DNA of 62,603 nucleotides, the filler included, from Rhabdomonas costata (lineage: Eukaryota): NCBI GenBank assembly GCA_019059605.1. It is 44 parts of 44 records of this genome, joined end to end, with 100 filler letters (N's around TTAATTAATTAA, not from the genome) between each part and the next. Parts side by side here need not be neighbours in the genome. Positions count along the whole stretch, not along the records: positions 1 to 1,323 come from JAHMHO010019328.1; positions 1,424 to 2,747 come from JAHMHO010019329.1; positions 2,848 to 4,172 come from JAHMHO010019330.1; positions 4,273 to 5,598 come from JAHMHO010019331.1; positions 5,699 to 7,028 come from JAHMHO010019332.1; positions 7,129 to 8,453 come from JAHMHO010019333.1; positions 8,554 to 9,878 come from JAHMHO010019334.1; positions 9,979 to 11,303 come from JAHMHO010019335.1; 36 more parts are not named here. The stretch is one strand, 5' to 3'. The notes beneath the pieces were generated by a model. It saw only the letters and a list, made by a program, of their open reading frames with translations. It did no database searches and was not told the DNA's origin. A program made the position numbers and the translations under genes. Shown piece by piece: positions 1-12,412 of the stretch (positions within the stretch are counted from its first letter, which is position 1; each line of letters begins with the position of its first letter).

Positions 1-310
1 GTGTGGGGGTACTTTCGTCAGTTTGCGGGTTTTCTTTTTGAGCTGAATGGGCCATTACCGGCGGTCCAACCCCTGGACACCTTTTGGTCCTGGGGTGCCT
101 CTGATTTTGTTTCTGTGGGGCTGAAATTGAAATGCACGAGAAAACGTGCTGTCACAGCATCATATTCTGGAGACCCTCCACATCTGAAGCGGGAGTTTGC
201 TCAGCGAAGCCTGTCTCGTGGTTGGGCTTCTGGGACCTGTGATTCCAAGATGTCTCCTGCTCTCCAGTTCTGTTTTCCCTGAGAAGTTTCCGATTGACAT
301 CTGTTTTCAG

Positions 311-1163
311 CAGTGGATCTTCTGGGGGTGACTCCACGGGAAGCTCCTTGGCCGCCCTTGCCCCTGCGGCTCTGCGACAGCTGTTTGTGCTGTACATGGA
401 CACTCAGAGGCAGGCGACACGCTTCACAAAGCTCGGGGGCGCCTTCCTGAGAGCAGCGTTGGCGGAGGCGGCCTCGGCAACACCGACGGTATGAGGACTG
501 GATGTTCGGTTTTTTTGTTCGTAGCGCATGTTTTTTAGTTTCCTGTATCTTCTTTTTGCCGTTCTATATTTCGTTTCCGATGCTATTGCATTAATGCACG
601 GAACAATGTTTCTTTGTTTTGTGTGCCCTTCCCTAGCTGCTGGGCTAGCTCACACGATTACGTCCCCCACAGTGCCTTTGTCCAGATTAAAAATACTTGG
701 CGCTTAGACACCTCAGCTAACCCTAACCCAAATCGAGAAATGGCATAGAAATGGTTGAGGGAGGGGCCCGCTCTCTTGGACTTGCACTTGGCCTACCCAC
801 CAGTTCACTTTTTTGAAAAGTTGCCTCCTTTATCGTGCCACTAGAAGGATGTTTACGACCCCCTTCATTTTTTAGGGCACCTCCCATGCGGCGGGAGATG
901 TCCTTCAGGCTCTGGCCCGGATGGACTCCCAGATCACTGCCCTGGACAGGTGCCTGCCTTCTCATGACCGCCGCTCATCTCTGGCTGCACTCAGCGAGCT
1001 GGTTGGGCAAGCTCAGGGGCTTCTAACTTCCCGTGCGTCTTCTGTTGGATCCGCATCCATGGAGGCCCGGGGGCCGTTGGGCTGCCCCGAGGCCCTGCAG
1101 CTGGCAAAGGCTTTGTGGGGTGTGTGCGGGGAGCTGTTTGGGGCGCTGCTGGTTGCCGCTATG
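311..1163 (+). CDS. Two putative exons of an unknown alanine/leucine-rich protein (fragment)
   Basis: Exon 311-488 (ttttcag| ... acg|gtatga) and an exon from about 876 (ttttag|ggcacc) reading GTSHAAGDVLQALARMDSQITALDR. GC-rich coding-like sequence; no recognised domain; 3' end uncertain. Confidence 0.35.
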
Positions 1164-1323
1164 GTGACACGGGAGGTGGCGCCTGGGGAGCTAACGCAGC
1201 GGAGAGAGGTTGAAACCGCCCATAAACCTGGTTGACGATATTGTGTGATAGTTGGGTGCTCCAGTGCAAGGTCAACCGCTCGGGGCCCTTCATTTGGAGA
1301 TTCAAAACAGTGGCAAAAACACA

Positions 1324-1423
1324 NNNNNNNNNNNNNNNNNNNNNNNNNNNNNNNNNNNNNNNNNNNNTTAATTAATTAANNNNNNNNNNNNNNNNNNNNN
1401 NNNNNNNNNNNNNNNNNNNNNNN
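1324..1423. other. Artificial contig spacer (first of 43): 44 N + TTAATTAATTAA + 44 N
   Basis: The same 100-nt spacer recurs about every 1.42 kb, and the 12-mer gives stops in all six frames. Contigs include 1-1323, 1424-2747, 2848-4172 and so on to 61279-62603. Confidence 0.98.
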
Positions 1424-2847
1424 TGTGTTGGGGTCAAATGGGCCTTTCGACTTAGAAAATTACAAAGACCCCTTTCATGGTCAAGACCAGCGCTCAAGCT
1501 CTCAGACCGAGGTCCTTAGTGTGTCCAATGATGGTACCCAGGACTACTTTAGATTTTCAGACTACACATTTGCGTGAGGTCCACTTGTTGAGCACGTGCG
1601 GACAGCCGTTAGTATCACACCGGCGGAAGGAGAGGGATTTTTCAAGCATATTCAAAATACGGAGATAGCGGGAAAAATACCTCTCCCGCGTCACTGCCCA
1701 GTGGGCCGAGTTTGAAAATGCGTAATTGCACCAATGAGGCGTTAGCGCACCTCTTAGGGGCTTTTAAGATCGTTTTTAAGCCATTTCAGCTCTTATCCCT
1801 GTGGTGCCAATGGTGGTTGTGGCCATTTTCAATGAAAAAAGGCGCAGTTACATTTTGCCACTCAATTTGTTATCGTCTATGTTTTTCAGGAGTTTCCTGT
1901 TGTTAATTCACTTCCTGATCGTCGCGAGTGTTGCGCTTCTTCACTTGTAAACACCCAAGCCAATCTGTTCGCTAATTCGACCATTTTCTATGACAAAACT
2001 CGATTTAAAAGGGGGCCGTCACTACGGAAAAATGGACAATAATTCATCCTTTCGCGCTGCGCATCGAATGTCGTACCTCCATCCTTGCGCATCGCTTTCT
2101 TGTACCATACGTGTTGTTGTTTGCTGTTTGCCCGTGGACCTTCCAAGTGCCGAACGGTGTTTTGCAAAGCGCTCGTTTTATCTGCAGCCTCCCTTCGCTG
2201 GTGATGTGTTTTTCATGTCCTCATGGTCTCGCAATAGGCCCATCACGTACAGTTTGCTTTCGCGGTAATAAACGAACGGTGGATTGATTAGCATCGCAAC
2301 GTGTTACAAACCCCTTCTTCTCACATCGGCAACAGTTCAGCTCTAAGCTGTCTTTCGGTCAATGCAACTGCTGTTCTGTACAAAGACACAGAGCCGGTAA
2401 AGCCCACTCTGAGCTCAACATTCCCTTACGGAATCTCTTTCAAAACCACTTAGCTGTCACGAAACAACTTCTCTTGCAAACGTGATACCTAACTGTCCTG
2501 AGCCGTTACACCCTCCCCTGCTAGGACGGAGGTGTACTCCACAACGGACGTCCGATCACTTAACGGCTCACTTTTTCCTACTGCTCGCCATGCAAACTTT
2601 GTAGTCTGAGTCAATTCTTCTTCAATACAGTGCGATGGGATACCTTTCTCCATCCGCTGCAACCATGTAACTCCTTTTTCTTTTTTTCTTTCGCTGCGGC
2701 TCAAGGCCACTTCTTCCTCGGTAGCGGTGTAACACAATGACCAACACNNNNNNNNNNNNNNNNNNNNNNNNNNNNNNNNNNNNNNNNNNNNTTAATTAAT
2801 TAANNNNNNNNNNNNNNNNNNNNNNNNNNNNNNNNNNNNNNNNNNNN

Positions 2848-2925
2848 CGGGGCGTTCCTCCAGGCCACGAGCAGCGCGGCTCCCAACAGCGGGAGGAAGA
2901 GCGTTGCGGATACGATCGGGAACAA
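2848..2925 (-). CDS. N-terminus of a bacterial membrane protein resembling NADH-quinone oxidoreductase subunit M / Mrp-type subunit (truncated by contig end)
   Basis: AGGAGG Shine-Dalgarno at 2939-2934, 8 nt before a TTG start; translates MFPIVSATLFLPLLGAALLVAWRNAP, matching the recalled NuoM-like start (PIxS...FLPLxGA). Only 26 aa visible. Confidence 0.45.
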
Positions 2926-2940
2926 GCCTCCCACCTCCTA

Positions 2941-4111
2941 GTGCACGATCAGGCGACATTTTGTGGGACGGTGAGATGCTCGTAATGGGGACACCCAAAC
3001 ACCCGGCACACCCTCTCGGCAAGCTCGTACGCTCCGAGAAGCCCGTCGGCCTCCACGACTTTGCGCTTGCCATGAACCCACTTCGGCTCGATGGGGTTCA
3101 ACCACGGACTCTTCTTCGGGAGAAAGCAGCTCACGATCCTCACTCCTTCGCCGCTGTTTTTGACCTTGCGATTGTGTTTTCCGAGCCAGCGTCTGACCTC
3201 TTTGGAGACGTGCCAGCTTGCGTTGTCCCAGATGAGAAGAAAAACCTTCTTGCCCATCTCTTCGAGCTTCTCGGCGCACCACCCGAGAAACTGGGTGGTT
3301 ACGCAGCTTACGGGCCTTCCGTCCACGAATCTTAGCCACGTCTGCCCGTCAAGTTCGGGAAGGTAGAGTCCGTAGCAAGAGATCGCCTTCGGCTCGGGGT
3401 CGTCTTTGGCGACCGAACGCTGGATGAGGCGCAGCGGCTCCCCGTCCTCGCTCCAGGCGTTGAGGGTAGGCAAAGCCTCCCGGCTCCACCAGCATTCGTC
3501 CGAAAAGCCGGTGGCCCACCCCGGATCGGAGGCGGAGATCTCCATCAGCCGGTCGCGCCTTCTTTTTTCTCTCGTACAGGGGGTCCGGGGAAGTGATCCA
3601 CCGCTTAGCCCGCATCCACTTCACCGAGAGAAGGCGCGACAAGGTGGCCCGGATGGTCTCCCCTGAGACTCGCTCCTCGGTGAGCCCCTCCTCGAAGGCG
3701 ACGTCTGCGGCCATCTCCAGAGTCCACAGGCTGCTCTCGCGTCCGAACTCCCTCGGCGAGCGGTGGAGCATCTCCCGCAAAGCCTCGGCGCTCCTCTCGT
3801 CGAAGGCGGCGTACACGCGCTTGGGGCGAGAGGAGCCAGGCGTGAGGGCGTCGAGGCCGCGCTCGTTGAAGGCTCGGATGGCGTTCCTCACCGTTTGCGA
3901 AGCGCACCCGAGGTCTTGGGCGATCTTCGGAGGAGACTTCCCGCGGGCACTCGCCAGAAGGATCTGGCACCGGCGAAGTACGAAAGCGTCTCCTGCGCGC
4001 AGCCCCGCCTGGAGTCTCTTGCGCTCCTCGTCTGACAATTCCCGGACAAATATTGGAGGTTTCATGAAAGGAACTATAGCCCATCACACACAACCCTCTC
4101 TGAGGATGCAC
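2941..4111 (-). mobile_element. Complete IS630-family insertion sequence (about 1.17 kb)
   Basis: Ends CTAGTGCAcgaTCAG (from 2938) and, in reverse complement, CTAGTGCAtccTCAG (ending 4114). TA duplicated at 2939-2940 and 4112-4113, reconstituting a CTAG target. Encloses HTH and DDE ORFs. Confidence 0.92.
2949..4065 (-). CDS. IS630 transposase split over two frames (HTH ORF from 4065, DDE ORF ending 2949), joined by a +1 shift at an A6G tract
   Basis: ORF-A has the HTH region (RRCQILLAS..IAQDLGCASQTVRNAIRAFN, WTL, SPDPLYERKK). ORF-B has the catalytic motifs FSDECW, LIWDNASWH and PWLNPIE. The slippery run is TTTTTT at 3563-3568 on +, and ORF-B lies in the +1 frame (RRDRLMEI). Confidence 0.9.
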
Positions 4112-4483
4112 TAGGGCCAGGCACCGCCGCCTCGCTTCTCTCCAATCGCACTCGAGCGTCGCACCAACCCCCNNNNNNNNNNNNNNNNNNNNNNNNNNNN
4201 NNNNNNNNNNNNNNNNTTAATTAATTAANNNNNNNNNNNNNNNNNNNNNNNNNNNNNNNNNNNNNNNNNNNNTGTGGTTTGTCATGAAATTTTGCATCTC
4301 TTTTGTTCCTCCTTCATGCTTTATATAGTTTTGGATTTGGATTGGATGCAGGTTCAGTATTTTTGATTCGGATCTGGATTCTGTCTATTCGTCTCACTCA
4401 TGGGGCAGTTCCGTTTGCGATTTTTGGTTTCACTGTCAATCCACCCACTCTTGTTCTCTGTGTATTTCTCTTCGGCTCCGCAG

Positions 4484-4570
4484 TGGTGCTGGTGACGAGA
4501 TCCAATGGGGACCCCGAATGGACCGGGCCCGCGGTCTACCCCAACATCACGATTAATGTTGGAGACACAC
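4484..4570 (+). CDS. Single short exon, possibly cupredoxin-like
   Basis: ctccgcag| VLVTRSNGDPEWTGPAVYPNITINVGDT |gtgtgt. The ITINVGDT segment resembles the cupredoxin I.V..GDTV strand. Too short to be sure. Confidence 0.25.
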
Positions 4571-5698
4571 GTGTGTTTCCACATGCACCCTTCGTTTGTT
4601 GTGAGCAAAATGTTTTTTAAATTATCAAGGACTGCTTCTCGCATCAAATTAGCGATGTTCCATGTCAGCATTGTTCACAGTTTTTAGGAAAGAAATAACT
4701 GTTGCCAATAAAAGAATGTGAACAAATTGTTCCTGTGCAGTGGTCACCACGCGGCGGAGAAACTAACCGTGAGGCAGAAGCAGCCAGGAAAGAGCAGGAA
4801 GGGGGATGCACTTGTTGTGATTGGTCTACTTTTGAAACAAGACACGAAATGCAGTGAGCAGTTATGTGTTTGTGTGTCCTGGGGTGGCGTATAATATTTT
4901 TGTTTGCTCCGTCTGCCGTTCCACTGCAACATATAACGGGCGGTTCCGCCATCTTCAGTTTAGATGTCACATGTGCACTCTTCGTTGTTCTTCGTTGTTG
5001 TTGTTGCTGCCGTTCGTTTGCAGTGGTTTTCCGATGGAACAGTGTTCACGATGTCCACCGCCTCGCGTATGCGTTGCCTTGCGTCTCTTGTTGTTTTCTC
5101 TCAATGGAAGGTGTAGATAGAATCTCAAGACCTGCGGACGCTTATTTCTTCTTCTTTTTTTATTTTTCCACGGCAGCCTCGGCCGTGCAAAGCATCTGTA
5201 CTTTTAGTGTCACTTTAACTGGTACTGCTCATTGCCATTTTCATTCGAAATACCGAAATCTCTCATGTGTCTGAAGTGGACATAAGATCAGTGCTCATCC
5301 CAACTTCCCGTCATATAAGCCGCTTCTTAACGACGGGGGAGCAATGCAATTTGACCTGGGCTTCCTTTCACTTTGCATTGCAGCAACCGACAGGCCTTCG
5401 AGCAGTGCAGCTTTGCTGAAGCACCGGTGTCGTGAGGCCTCACCCCCTCCCCCACTCTTGTGGCAGTTGTTGTCAACTTAGGGGTGTTCTTTTGTTTGCG
5501 AGTTTGTCACACGACTTCTAGCCGTGTTGCCTGCTCCGGGTCGATGTCGATGCCTTTGCTCATCTAGTTGACTGTGATGCTGCTATTGTGAGTTTTTCNN
5601 NNNNNNNNNNNNNNNNNNNNNNNNNNNNNNNNNNNNNNNNNNTTAATTAATTAANNNNNNNNNNNNNNNNNNNNNNNNNNNNNNNNNNNNNNNNNNNN

Positions 5699-6842
5699 GA
5701 CGCTACCCATCAGAAGAGCCCGCCTCAGCACAGACCCACACATCGGCGGGACGGCGGCCCCGCACCGGCAGGACGCCCACAACAGCCATGGCAGCAAGGT
5801 AAACCGTAGAAAAGTGAGAACCACCAGGCTCGTCACAGTCAGATTCACCTGAGAGAGCGAGAGGTTCAAGTCGTCTCTGCATTACGACACACACACACAC
5901 ACACATTGCGCCTTGGCGCGGTGTGCTGTGGTGTCCTTGTGCTGCTTGTTCTGCACACCTGTTCCACACACACACACACACACACATGGCGCCTTGGCGC
6001 GGTGTGCTGTGGCGTGTCCTTCTGCTGCTTGCTTGTTCTGCAGACCTTTTGGTTTTTTGGCGCGTTCAGGGTGCTGCTGTTCGTGTTGGACAACACGACG
6101 GGCATTGGGGTGAGGGTGTGCGCCGTGCCCATCCACACACACACACACACACACGCACACACACACATACGGGTTCTTGCGACGGTGGACGTGGTTTTCA
6201 AACAGTCGTCTTTGGCACTGCATGCGCGACATTTGGTAACACAGCACAATCACCAACCAATTGCAGCGCATTTATTGTGTCTGTGATCTGTGTGTGTGTG
6301 TGTGTGTGTGTGTGCATTTGCGCATGTGCGTGCGAAGATTTTGGAATTTAGTTGGGGGAGGGTGGAGAGGGGAAGGTTTGAGGATGGCGTTCGTTGAATG
6401 TTCAAGCTTTTGCTGAAATCGAACTTTTCCCACTGCGATCAAAGGTTAATGGGTAACAGAAGTAGACTGAGACAATCACAATATATAATAATCAAAAAAG
6501 TGATCGATCAGAAGGACCGGAAAATTAGAGGAGGAGTGAGAGAGAGCAATGCTTAAAAAAAGGGTGGACACAACCCAGGACGCACCACGTCTCGGCGAGG
6601 GATCTCCGGCAGCGTGTCAAAGCCCACATCGGGCAAAATGTGGTATTCCTTGTCCGGGGACCGGAACACTGCCGTCCTTCCCCACACGTAGGCCTGGATC
6701 ACGCAGCTGAGGAAGCACGACAGTCCGAACAGGACCGTCGCCACCCCCCACACCGCAGCCCGCCCGCCCCAGAACCACACTCCTGCGCGGCTCAGGCACT
6801 CCAATCCCACACCACAGCCACAGCTTTCGCATCCACGGCGCC
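5699..6842 (-). CDS. Sphingomyelin/IPC (sphingolipid) synthase-like protein, N-terminal exons
   Basis: Exon of about 6842-6586 has a TM segment then ILPDVGFDTLP (LPD motif of SMS/SLS), donor gtg|gtgcgt. Exon 5848-5699 after ctctctcag reads VNLTVTSLVVLTFLRF...VLRRALLMG. The intron is rich in (CA)n. Confidence 0.7.
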
Positions 6843-7128
6843 TGGAATATGACAAGCTAAGGATGCCGCTGTTGTCGGCTCAGAGATTCTTTTCTCTGTG
6901 GTTGACAACTCGCGCACACTACCTCGCACGACGGCGACTGGTGATACAACACCGCACCGCGCAAACGGCCACGGCATTCCTCCTCCTGTTAACCTACAAC
7001 GATTTCTTCCGCTTACCTGCTTGTTTGTNNNNNNNNNNNNNNNNNNNNNNNNNNNNNNNNNNNNNNNNNNNNTTAATTAATTAANNNNNNNNNNNNNNNN
7101 NNNNNNNNNNNNNNNNNNNNNNNNNNNN

Positions 7129-7963
7129 GGGGTGGTTGGCATGTCCCAGGCCACGATCTCCGGGGTCGGGTACTCCACCGGGGACCTGATCTCGATCAGC
7201 CGCGCGGAAGGCTCCAGCACCAACCTCACTTGGAATGTGTGCAACAACCTAACGGGGTACCGTCAAGCCCGCTTACCTGCTCTGCCGGGCAGCTGGGGGC
7301 GGAACTGGCTGCAGAACCTCTCCCTCGTCAGCTTAGGACCTCCAATGAATACCACTAGCCGGGTATCTCCATGATTCCCTAAATCTCTTGCTTTCCCGAC
7401 GTGAAGCTTTTAATGCTGGGGATTGCAGTTTAGCAGAGCAACGGTGTTTCACGAATGGCGCTGCTCACTCAGCAAATGGTCCCCCACCGATTCTTCCGTT
7501 CCCGTTTCCCTGACTTGAAAGCAGGAACTATTTTTTTTAGCAGGGAGTTAAGGGCGCTTTTCCATTGCATCTGGGTATTGAGGCTGGCGCCCACCCCTCA
7601 AATTCGTCCATCCAACTGGACGCTTGCATAGGAAGTCTAAGTAAAAAGACTCCTCAAGTGCAATTGCTTCAGTTGCTTCGGTAGTGAGGGCGTGCTGCAC
7701 CTTCAAATCTGTCGCCGAGGTATCATCGCGATCTCCGTGTTGCTTATTTATTCGTTTTGTTGTTTTGGAAGGTTTGGTTCTTGGCCGGAGCCGCGGCCCC
7801 AGCGGGGGTCACCGCTGTCTTTGCCCCACTTTTTATACCACTGACGACCTTCGGGCTAACCCTCCCTGTTGTGGCGCCGATCCGGGACCCTCTCACCAAC
7901 GCTTTGACTGCAGTTACGTACGTCGACATCACTCTTAGCCGAATGGACGACTTCCTGAAGCAG
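7129..7963 (+). CDS. Cache-type (dCache-like) extracellular sensor domain, two exons
   Basis: Exons 7129-7362 (cgg|gtatct) and 7772-7963 (gaag| ... cag|gtacgt) join in phase 0 to give NTTSR|VWFLAG...LTLPVVAPIRDPLTNALTAVTYVDITLSRMDDFLKQ, matching the Cache pattern R.W(Y/F)..A ... P..D ... DI.L..L..FL. Confidence 0.65.
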
Positions 7964-8393
7964 GTACGTTGGTGTCAGCGCCGCTGGGGTTTTGGGGGCG
8001 CCACAGCGACGGCGCGTGGCAGTTTGACGTTGCAACTTATCCGCTATGACTGGGTTTTGGGTTGCAAAAGAGGAAAGTAAGGTGAGGTGAGTTCGTCCAT
8101 GGATGATGCCCGTGACCACAAACTCAAAGGCATGAAGTAGAGAGTGTATCTGCACCCAGTTCCAGGGGTGCCATTGAGCCGCGCTCATGTTTTTGGTAAT
8201 CCCCAATTCACCACGAGGATTGTCAAGAGGTTAGACTGCGATAGCACAAATGTGCCCTGGGACGGGAAAGCCCGTGATAAATGCGGGGGAAATGGGGCAG
8301 AGGCCTTCTGATAGGAATCATGGTTATGGTTATGGTTATGGTTATTTCTGACCCTTCCCATTCCCTATCCCCGCTGCCCAATTCCAACTTCAC

Positions 8394-8452
8394 CCCAGCA
8401 GATTGCCCGTGCTCATGTCTACAATAAAGATCACCGTCTCCCCGAGCAGCGT
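8394..8452 (-). CDS. Apparent next exon of the Cache protein, on the opposite strand
   Basis: Reads TLLGETVIFIVDMSTGNLLG then |gtgaag. FIVD..G.LL is the motif expected directly after ...DFLKQ. Confidence 0.5.
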
Positions 8453-10088
8453 CNNNNNNNNNNNNNNNNNNNNNNNNNNNNNNNNNNNNNNNNNNNNTTA
8501 ATTAATTAANNNNNNNNNNNNNNNNNNNNNNNNNNNNNNNNNNNNNNNNNNNNCTTTCCACCGATCAGAATTTCACCCCTCTGGTTGCAGCGTATTCCTC
8601 CCGGTGTAATATCATACTTCTGTGCTGCTGTGCTCGGCACGTGTACTTTCTCTCATTTGGGCTGCTCCCTTCACCTCTGGTTCCCGGTGCCGCACCGCGC
8701 TGGCTTTGGTGTCAAAACCTTTCCGTGTATTCGGAAGTAACCGGGGATTCGAAGGGTCCGTATCGAGATCCGGGAACAGAGGTGGGGGGATGATTTCTGT
8801 GCACTCTGGTAGGTATGCTGTGAATTCGTGACTTCGGCAAATTCCTAACCACGCAGAACGGATACCAACCTCCCTGCTTCGGTCTGGCCCAACTCAGCTG
8901 CTTTCGAACTGGACGTTTTTCATCCTCCCTTTTGGAAGTTTCTCCTGGACATTCTCTTTCTCGACGATGCTCTAAGAATCAATTTTAAAAGGTGTAAGAC
9001 CTGCTTGTGTGGTTTTGGGGTGCGTTGCTTCGTGAGCCCTTTCTGCTGCCCCATTCTGAGGGTTACCAGAATGGTGAGCCCACTGCGGGAAGGGGAGCCG
9101 ACCTTTGCCTCCCCGTTGTCCCCCAATGACTTTTCCCCTGTCGCCGTTGGGGGATCAGAACAGATCCCTGCGTCGGCGTCAGCTTTGACTGCCTCGCTTC
9201 CTGTCGCCCGCTCCACGTCGCCCGCCCCAGGGGCATCCCGATTGCCTTCGGGGGAGGGGAGGGGAGAGAAGGGTCCCTTTCTGCTTTGTAAGGTTTCAGG
9301 TTTTAGGTCAGATGCAGTCTTCATGCGGACATTTGGTTCGAATTGACTCCCCTCATGGTGGTACCTTTTAACCCACGCATTCAGCTAATCGATTAGATGC
9401 TCGTGCAAGCGCAAGCGGAGGAAGATTGTGTCAATAGGGTCTGTGAAGGGCTTCGATAACTGTGGGATTAGGAGATTCGATACTATTAATATTATAAAAC
9501 GGTGAACCCGCCAAAATGGCGACGACAAAGGAAGTGTTAAGTTACTGGTCGTCGCAGTGAATATCAGAATTTTGTGTGTCAAAAACAATGGTATTAATAG
9601 TGACTTCAATATGAACAAGCAACAAAATTTTAGCTCAAGTGATCCAATTCACACCACTCAAGAGGTTGCTGAAAAAACAAAACCCCGGGACTCATTGGAA
9701 GAAGGGACGTCACCACATTTGGAACGCACGCTGAGCTGGTACCTCGCAGCACCGTTTGCTCCGAAGGTACCTCTCGCGAGCACCCGGGCCAAAAGCACGT
9801 GCGGCTGTCAGTCAACAGGGGTCACCAACAGCAAGGCATGCAACCATCAGTACGTTTTGCCCAGCGCGCACACGCACANNNNNNNNNNNNNNNNNNNNNN
9901 NNNNNNNNNNNNNNNNNNNNNNTTAATTAATTAANNNNNNNNNNNNNNNNNNNNNNNNNNNNNNNNNNNNNNNNNNNNGGTGGGTGTGTCATCTATTTCT
10001 TTTCTCTGTGTTCGATGTTTGCTGTTTGCTGCAAGAAAAATGTGCAGCGTTCTGCACAGAACCTGTTGTGGTGTGTGAAAATTTGTAG

Positions 10089-10862
10089 ATATGATATACT
10101 TCTCTCCTACGTCACCCCAGTCTTTGTCTTTTCCGTTGTTTTTGTGGTCATCACCATCCCTATGTTGCACCACATGGCAGTACTTCAGGTCGTTCGTTTG
10201 TGTATTAGTCGATGGATTTTCTGTCTTATGTGTGACGGGTTTTTCATTACAACCAAAATTTAAACAGACGCAGGAGCAGGAGCCGCCGGAAAGTCATTTT
10301 TCACCTTCTGCTGGTCGCGTCTGGCACTGCTGTAACGGGCGCTCTCGTGGCACCGACTTTCTGTTTGACTGTGTACGTACCGAATGGTGGGCACCCCGCC
10401 TGTGCGGGGATGCAATTGTCTTATTCTTTGATATTTTTTTGCGCCCTTTTTTATGGCTTTTTTGGCGGCTTGTGCGTACCAGCGCGCGCCTTCTTTCACT
10501 TCGTATGTACCCTTTCTGGTTAGCGCGCTTCATGTGAAAGTTATTAACGTTCATGGCGTCTCTTGGCTCTTTAGCTTCTGCGTGCAACATATTCCTCCGT
10601 GTCCTCTCCTTCACCTACACGAACGTGGAGGGGCTGTACGTCGTACGTGGGCTGTACCTGGACAGGCCATACTACCGCAACCCTGCACTAGATGACACTG
10701 GTCACCTGTACCTGTACTTCACCCCAGCGGTGGGGTGGGCAATATCCAATGTCTTAGGACAGCCTCAAAACCCGGTTGACTATAATCCCCGCAATGTGAC
10801 GACACCAGAGCTTCTGACGGGAGAATGGCATTCCTCCAGGGGGGTCCGCTTGGTCTGCGCAA
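10089..10862 (+). CDS. Membrane-anchored protein of unknown function, three phase-consistent exons
   Basis: Exons 10089-10188 (TM: VTPVFVFSVVFVVITIPML), 10268-10313 and 10575-10862 (EGLYVVRGLYLDRPYYRN...LYLYF...GWAIS...GEW). All junctions are GT-AG and the phases agree. Confidence 0.6.
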
Positions 10863-12276
10863 GTATGCTTTTAGTGTGCGAGAGGGCTACTGTTTTCTCT
10901 GCCATCCCACCATCCCGAGGCAAACCGTGGTGAATGAGAGCTTTCTTCTTCCAGTGATGTCCGATTTGTGAAAGGGATTGATGAAGAGAAATGCTGGCCA
11001 GACGTGCAGATGGAACGCGCGGATGAAGTATGCACCTGGAGAGATTCTTCAGCGCAGACGAAAACGGAACCAACAAAAATTTTTTCAAATGTATTAATTA
11101 CTACTCGAATACATATCGTACGAAGGTGTTTACCGAAAGCTTCGAATGTAGAAGAGGTTGCTTACGAGCGACGAGTCCACTTTAAATCTCCCATCCATGC
11201 ACCGAGTTGGTAGCCCAATTTGTCGCGTTGTTTCGCTCCTTCTCTCACAGATCAGTCCTGTGCATTCGCCAGGTGCCCTACGCCTGCGTCGTTCCCCAAA
11301 ACCNNNNNNNNNNNNNNNNNNNNNNNNNNNNNNNNNNNNNNNNNNNNTTAATTAATTAANNNNNNNNNNNNNNNNNNNNNNNNNNNNNNNNNNNNNNNNN
11401 NNNGGGTTTGGGGGACTCACGACGCACGTCATATACACAAAAATCCACACATTTCCGTGACCACGAGCTAGGAAAATGCATAACCTTAACACACCTGAAG
11501 CCAGCAAGTAAGTCATTATAGTGTGCAACAATTGTCAGGGTGAGAAAAAAAATCAAATATTCGGCACGCAGGACGAAGCAAAACGCGGCTCACAGGGGAG
11601 AGGCACCTTCATCGGAAACTGCGCAGCGGCGAGCAAAAGCTTACCCAGGGAGAACGGCAGCGCCTGGGTTAGCTGCTTACCTGCAGTTTTCGGACCCACA
11701 TACACGCACACGTTTCACGCGTGGGGGCGGAGGCTTTCAGGCATCAAGGGGGTGAAAACTGACCCACCTTGTGGCCTTGCCTGCAAACGGGAATCGGCAC
11801 ATGGCGTATGGAAAGTGCAAGATCCAATCGTACGGGAGTGGTGATGCAATACAATTCCATTTTTACCGGTCCCGGATATGACCTCCGAGAAACCCATGTC
11901 CGGTTCTTTTGTGCAAACAACACTGCGAAGATCTCGGGATTGTGAATAAATAGGCTGGCACGATGATGCGCGCGCACACACACACACACAGACAATTTGC
12001 AAGAGCAACAGAAGTATCGCAGCGCCTCAATGAAAGATCCGAAGGTATATCTTGCTGAGCAGGCTGTTGCGAACTGTTGACGTTGTGCTTTCTTTGTCCT
12101 CCTTTTGTGGTAAGCTTTCACAGGCCAACAACCGGAATGTGAGAGAGAGTGTGAAAGACCGCACTAGTTTTCGAGGGTTTCGGCCTTCAAGTATTCAAGG
12201 TCTATGCAAGTGCCCCTACACGCATCCCGACACACCGGTGCTCTCGCGATACGCGTCGGGTGGGGCGGGGGCACAC

Positions 12277-12412
12277 CTCGGGGGTCCATGCACACGTTCC
12301 ACACTGCGGTGACGGCCAGCTTGACCACAGTCTCGGCGAGCTGCACCTCAGGCACAGAGGTCCCGATCCACTTTGCTGGGGAGTTGGAGTAGTGCAGAAG
12401 CAGCAGGTCCAC
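12277..12412 (-). CDS. Isolated exon, unknown helical protein
   Basis: ctctcag| VDLLLLHYSNSPAKWIGTSVPEVQLAETVVKLAVTAVWNVCMDPR |gtgtgc. Confidence 0.4.

Noticed and set aside
2904..4114. Long + strand ORFs overlapping the transposase
   Set aside because: They are antisense shadows of a GC-rich gene; the minus-strand frames carry all the IS630 motifs.
5866..6351. Many overlapping ORFs with CVCV/THTH runs (also about 17540-18130 and 26615-26984)
   Set aside because: They are produced by stop-free (CA)n microsatellites in introns.
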